From Candidatus Methylomirabilota bacterium (GTDB taxonomy: Bacteria; Methylomirabilota; Methylomirabilia; Rokubacteriales; CSP1-6): a stretch of 17,208 bases of DNA. The DNA lies in NCBI GenBank assembly GCA_046726415.1, contig JBKPAK010000022.1, forward strand, positions 1-17,208. The letters are read 5' to 3'. Shown in pieces: positions 16,138 to 17,208 of this stretch; within the stretch, counting starts at the first letter, position 1, and the number at the start of each line of letters is the position of its first letter. The position numbers and the translations under genes were made by a program. The notes beneath the pieces were generated by a model that was given only the letters and a program-made list of their open reading frames with translations, was not told where the DNA came from and ran no database searches.

Positions 16138-17118
16138 TCACGCGGTGAGCGTGAGCTGCATCGTGTCGTCGGGGACAACGATGGTGCCGGTCTCCCCGCG
16201 CGCGCCGGCCAGCGCGTCCTCGAGCGCGCAGATCGTAGCCGTGCCGCCGCCGTCGTGGACGAAGCGATAGGCCGCGCGCACCTTCGGCCCCATGCTTCCC
16301 GCCGCGAACGGCTCGCGGACCAGGAGGTCCTCGAAGTCGGTGAGCGCCATGCGCCGGACGAACCGTTGCGTCGGCTTGCCGTAGTCGATGGCCACCCCGG
16401 GCACGTCGGTGAGAATCAGGAGCGCGGCGGCGCGTAGCTCGAGGGCGAGGCGCGCCGCCGCCAGATCCTTGTCCACCACGGCCTCGACGCCATGGAGCTG
16501 TCCGTCGGGACGCCGTAGCACCGGCGCGCCGCCGCCGCCGCACGCGATCACCACGGCGCCGGCGTCGAGGAGCGTTCCGATGGTGTCGACCTCGATGATG
16601 CGGACCGGTTGCGGCGAGGGCACGAGCTTCCGCCACCCGCGGCTGTCGATCATGGCCCACGTCTCGCCCTTGTCGCGCGTGCGCTGCTCGCCGATCTCGC
16701 CCGGGAGGAAGGGACCGATCGGCTTCGTCGGCATGGCGAAGGCCGCGTCGTCGGCGTCCACCAGCACCTGGGTGATCACGCTCGCCACCGGGCGAGAGAT
16801 GCCGGCCGCGCTCAGCGCGTTTCGGAGCGCCTGCTGGATCATGTAGCCGATCTGGCCCTGGGTCTCCGCGCCGCAGACATCGAGCGGCACCGTGGGCACC
16901 AGGCGCGCCGCCGCTTCGTTCTGGATCAATAGATTCCCGACCTGCGGGCCGTTGCCGTGCGTGAAGACGATCTGATGGCCGGCCGCGATGAGGGGTACGA
17001 GCTGGTCACACGTGCGGCGCACATTGTCGAACTGCGCCTCGTAGCTGCTGAGCTCTTTCGAGCGCAGAATGGCGTTGCCGCCCAGCGCCACCACCAGCCG
17101 CGCGTCGTGCAGGGCCAC
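16138..17118 (-). CDS. arcC: Carbamate kinase
   Basis: Start reassigned to GTG 17118 (GGAGGAGG RBS). VVALGGNAI, THGNGPQVG, GAETQGQIGY, PTKPIGPF, VPSPQP, GGGG, EAVVDKD, LTDV and GSMGPKV motifs. Confidence 0.96.
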   Translation of the reverse strand: MALHDARLVVALGGNAILRSKELSSYEAQFDNVRRTCDQLVPLIAAGHQIVFTHGNGPQVGNLLIQNEAAARLVPTVPLDVCGAETQGQIGYMIQQALRNALSAAGISRPVASVITQVLVDADDAAFAMPTKPIGPFLPGEIGEQRTRDKGETWAMIDSRGWRKLVPSPQPVRIIEVDTIGTLLDAGAVVIACGGGGAPVLRRPDGQLHGVEAVVDKDLAAARLALELRAAALLILTDVPGVAIDYGKPTQRFVRRMALTDFEDLLVREPFAAGSMGPKVRAAYRFVHDGGGTATICALEDALAGARGETGTIVVPDDTMQLTLTA

Positions 17119-17137
17119 GGCCTCCTCCCGCCGCGCA

Positions 17138-17143
17138 ATTGTA
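17138..17143 (-). promoter_or_regulatory. Possible -10 element (TACAAT) upstream of carbamate kinase
   Basis: ATTGTA on the plus strand about 20 nt upstream of the start; no convincing -35. Confidence 0.35.
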
Positions 17144-17208
17144 CCCCGGCCTCTGCGCGAGCTCTCCACTCCCGCCGGTCCGGCGGACGAGCGCGAGCGC
17201 GCTCAAGT

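Overview
GC-rich bacterial window made mostly of catabolic genes: a dienelactone hydrolase (cut by the left edge), a Zn-dependent alcohol dehydrogenase, two SDRs (one frameshifted, one lacking the catalytic YxxxK), an LLM monooxygenase-MFS-amidohydrolase unit, an amidase-signature amidase, a four-gene BMP-family (purine/nucleoside-type) ABC importer and a convergent carbamate kinase. The most unusual part is about 1.9-3.75 kb. There an intact vapBC toxin-antitoxin operon with its own promoter and palindromic operator lies next to a frameshifted fragment resembling an IS91-family rolling-circle transposase. Both sit between two divergent genes that have lost their 5' ends (a YybH/SnoaL-like gene and a second amidase). 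Smaller scars include a probable IS630-type terminal repeat at a CTAG that includes an SDR stop codon, a 3 x 33-bp repeat of another SDR's last codons, and a short duplicate of the YybH gene's last codons. All assignments come from manual motif recognition, not database searches. I cannot support a wholly new biological system here.
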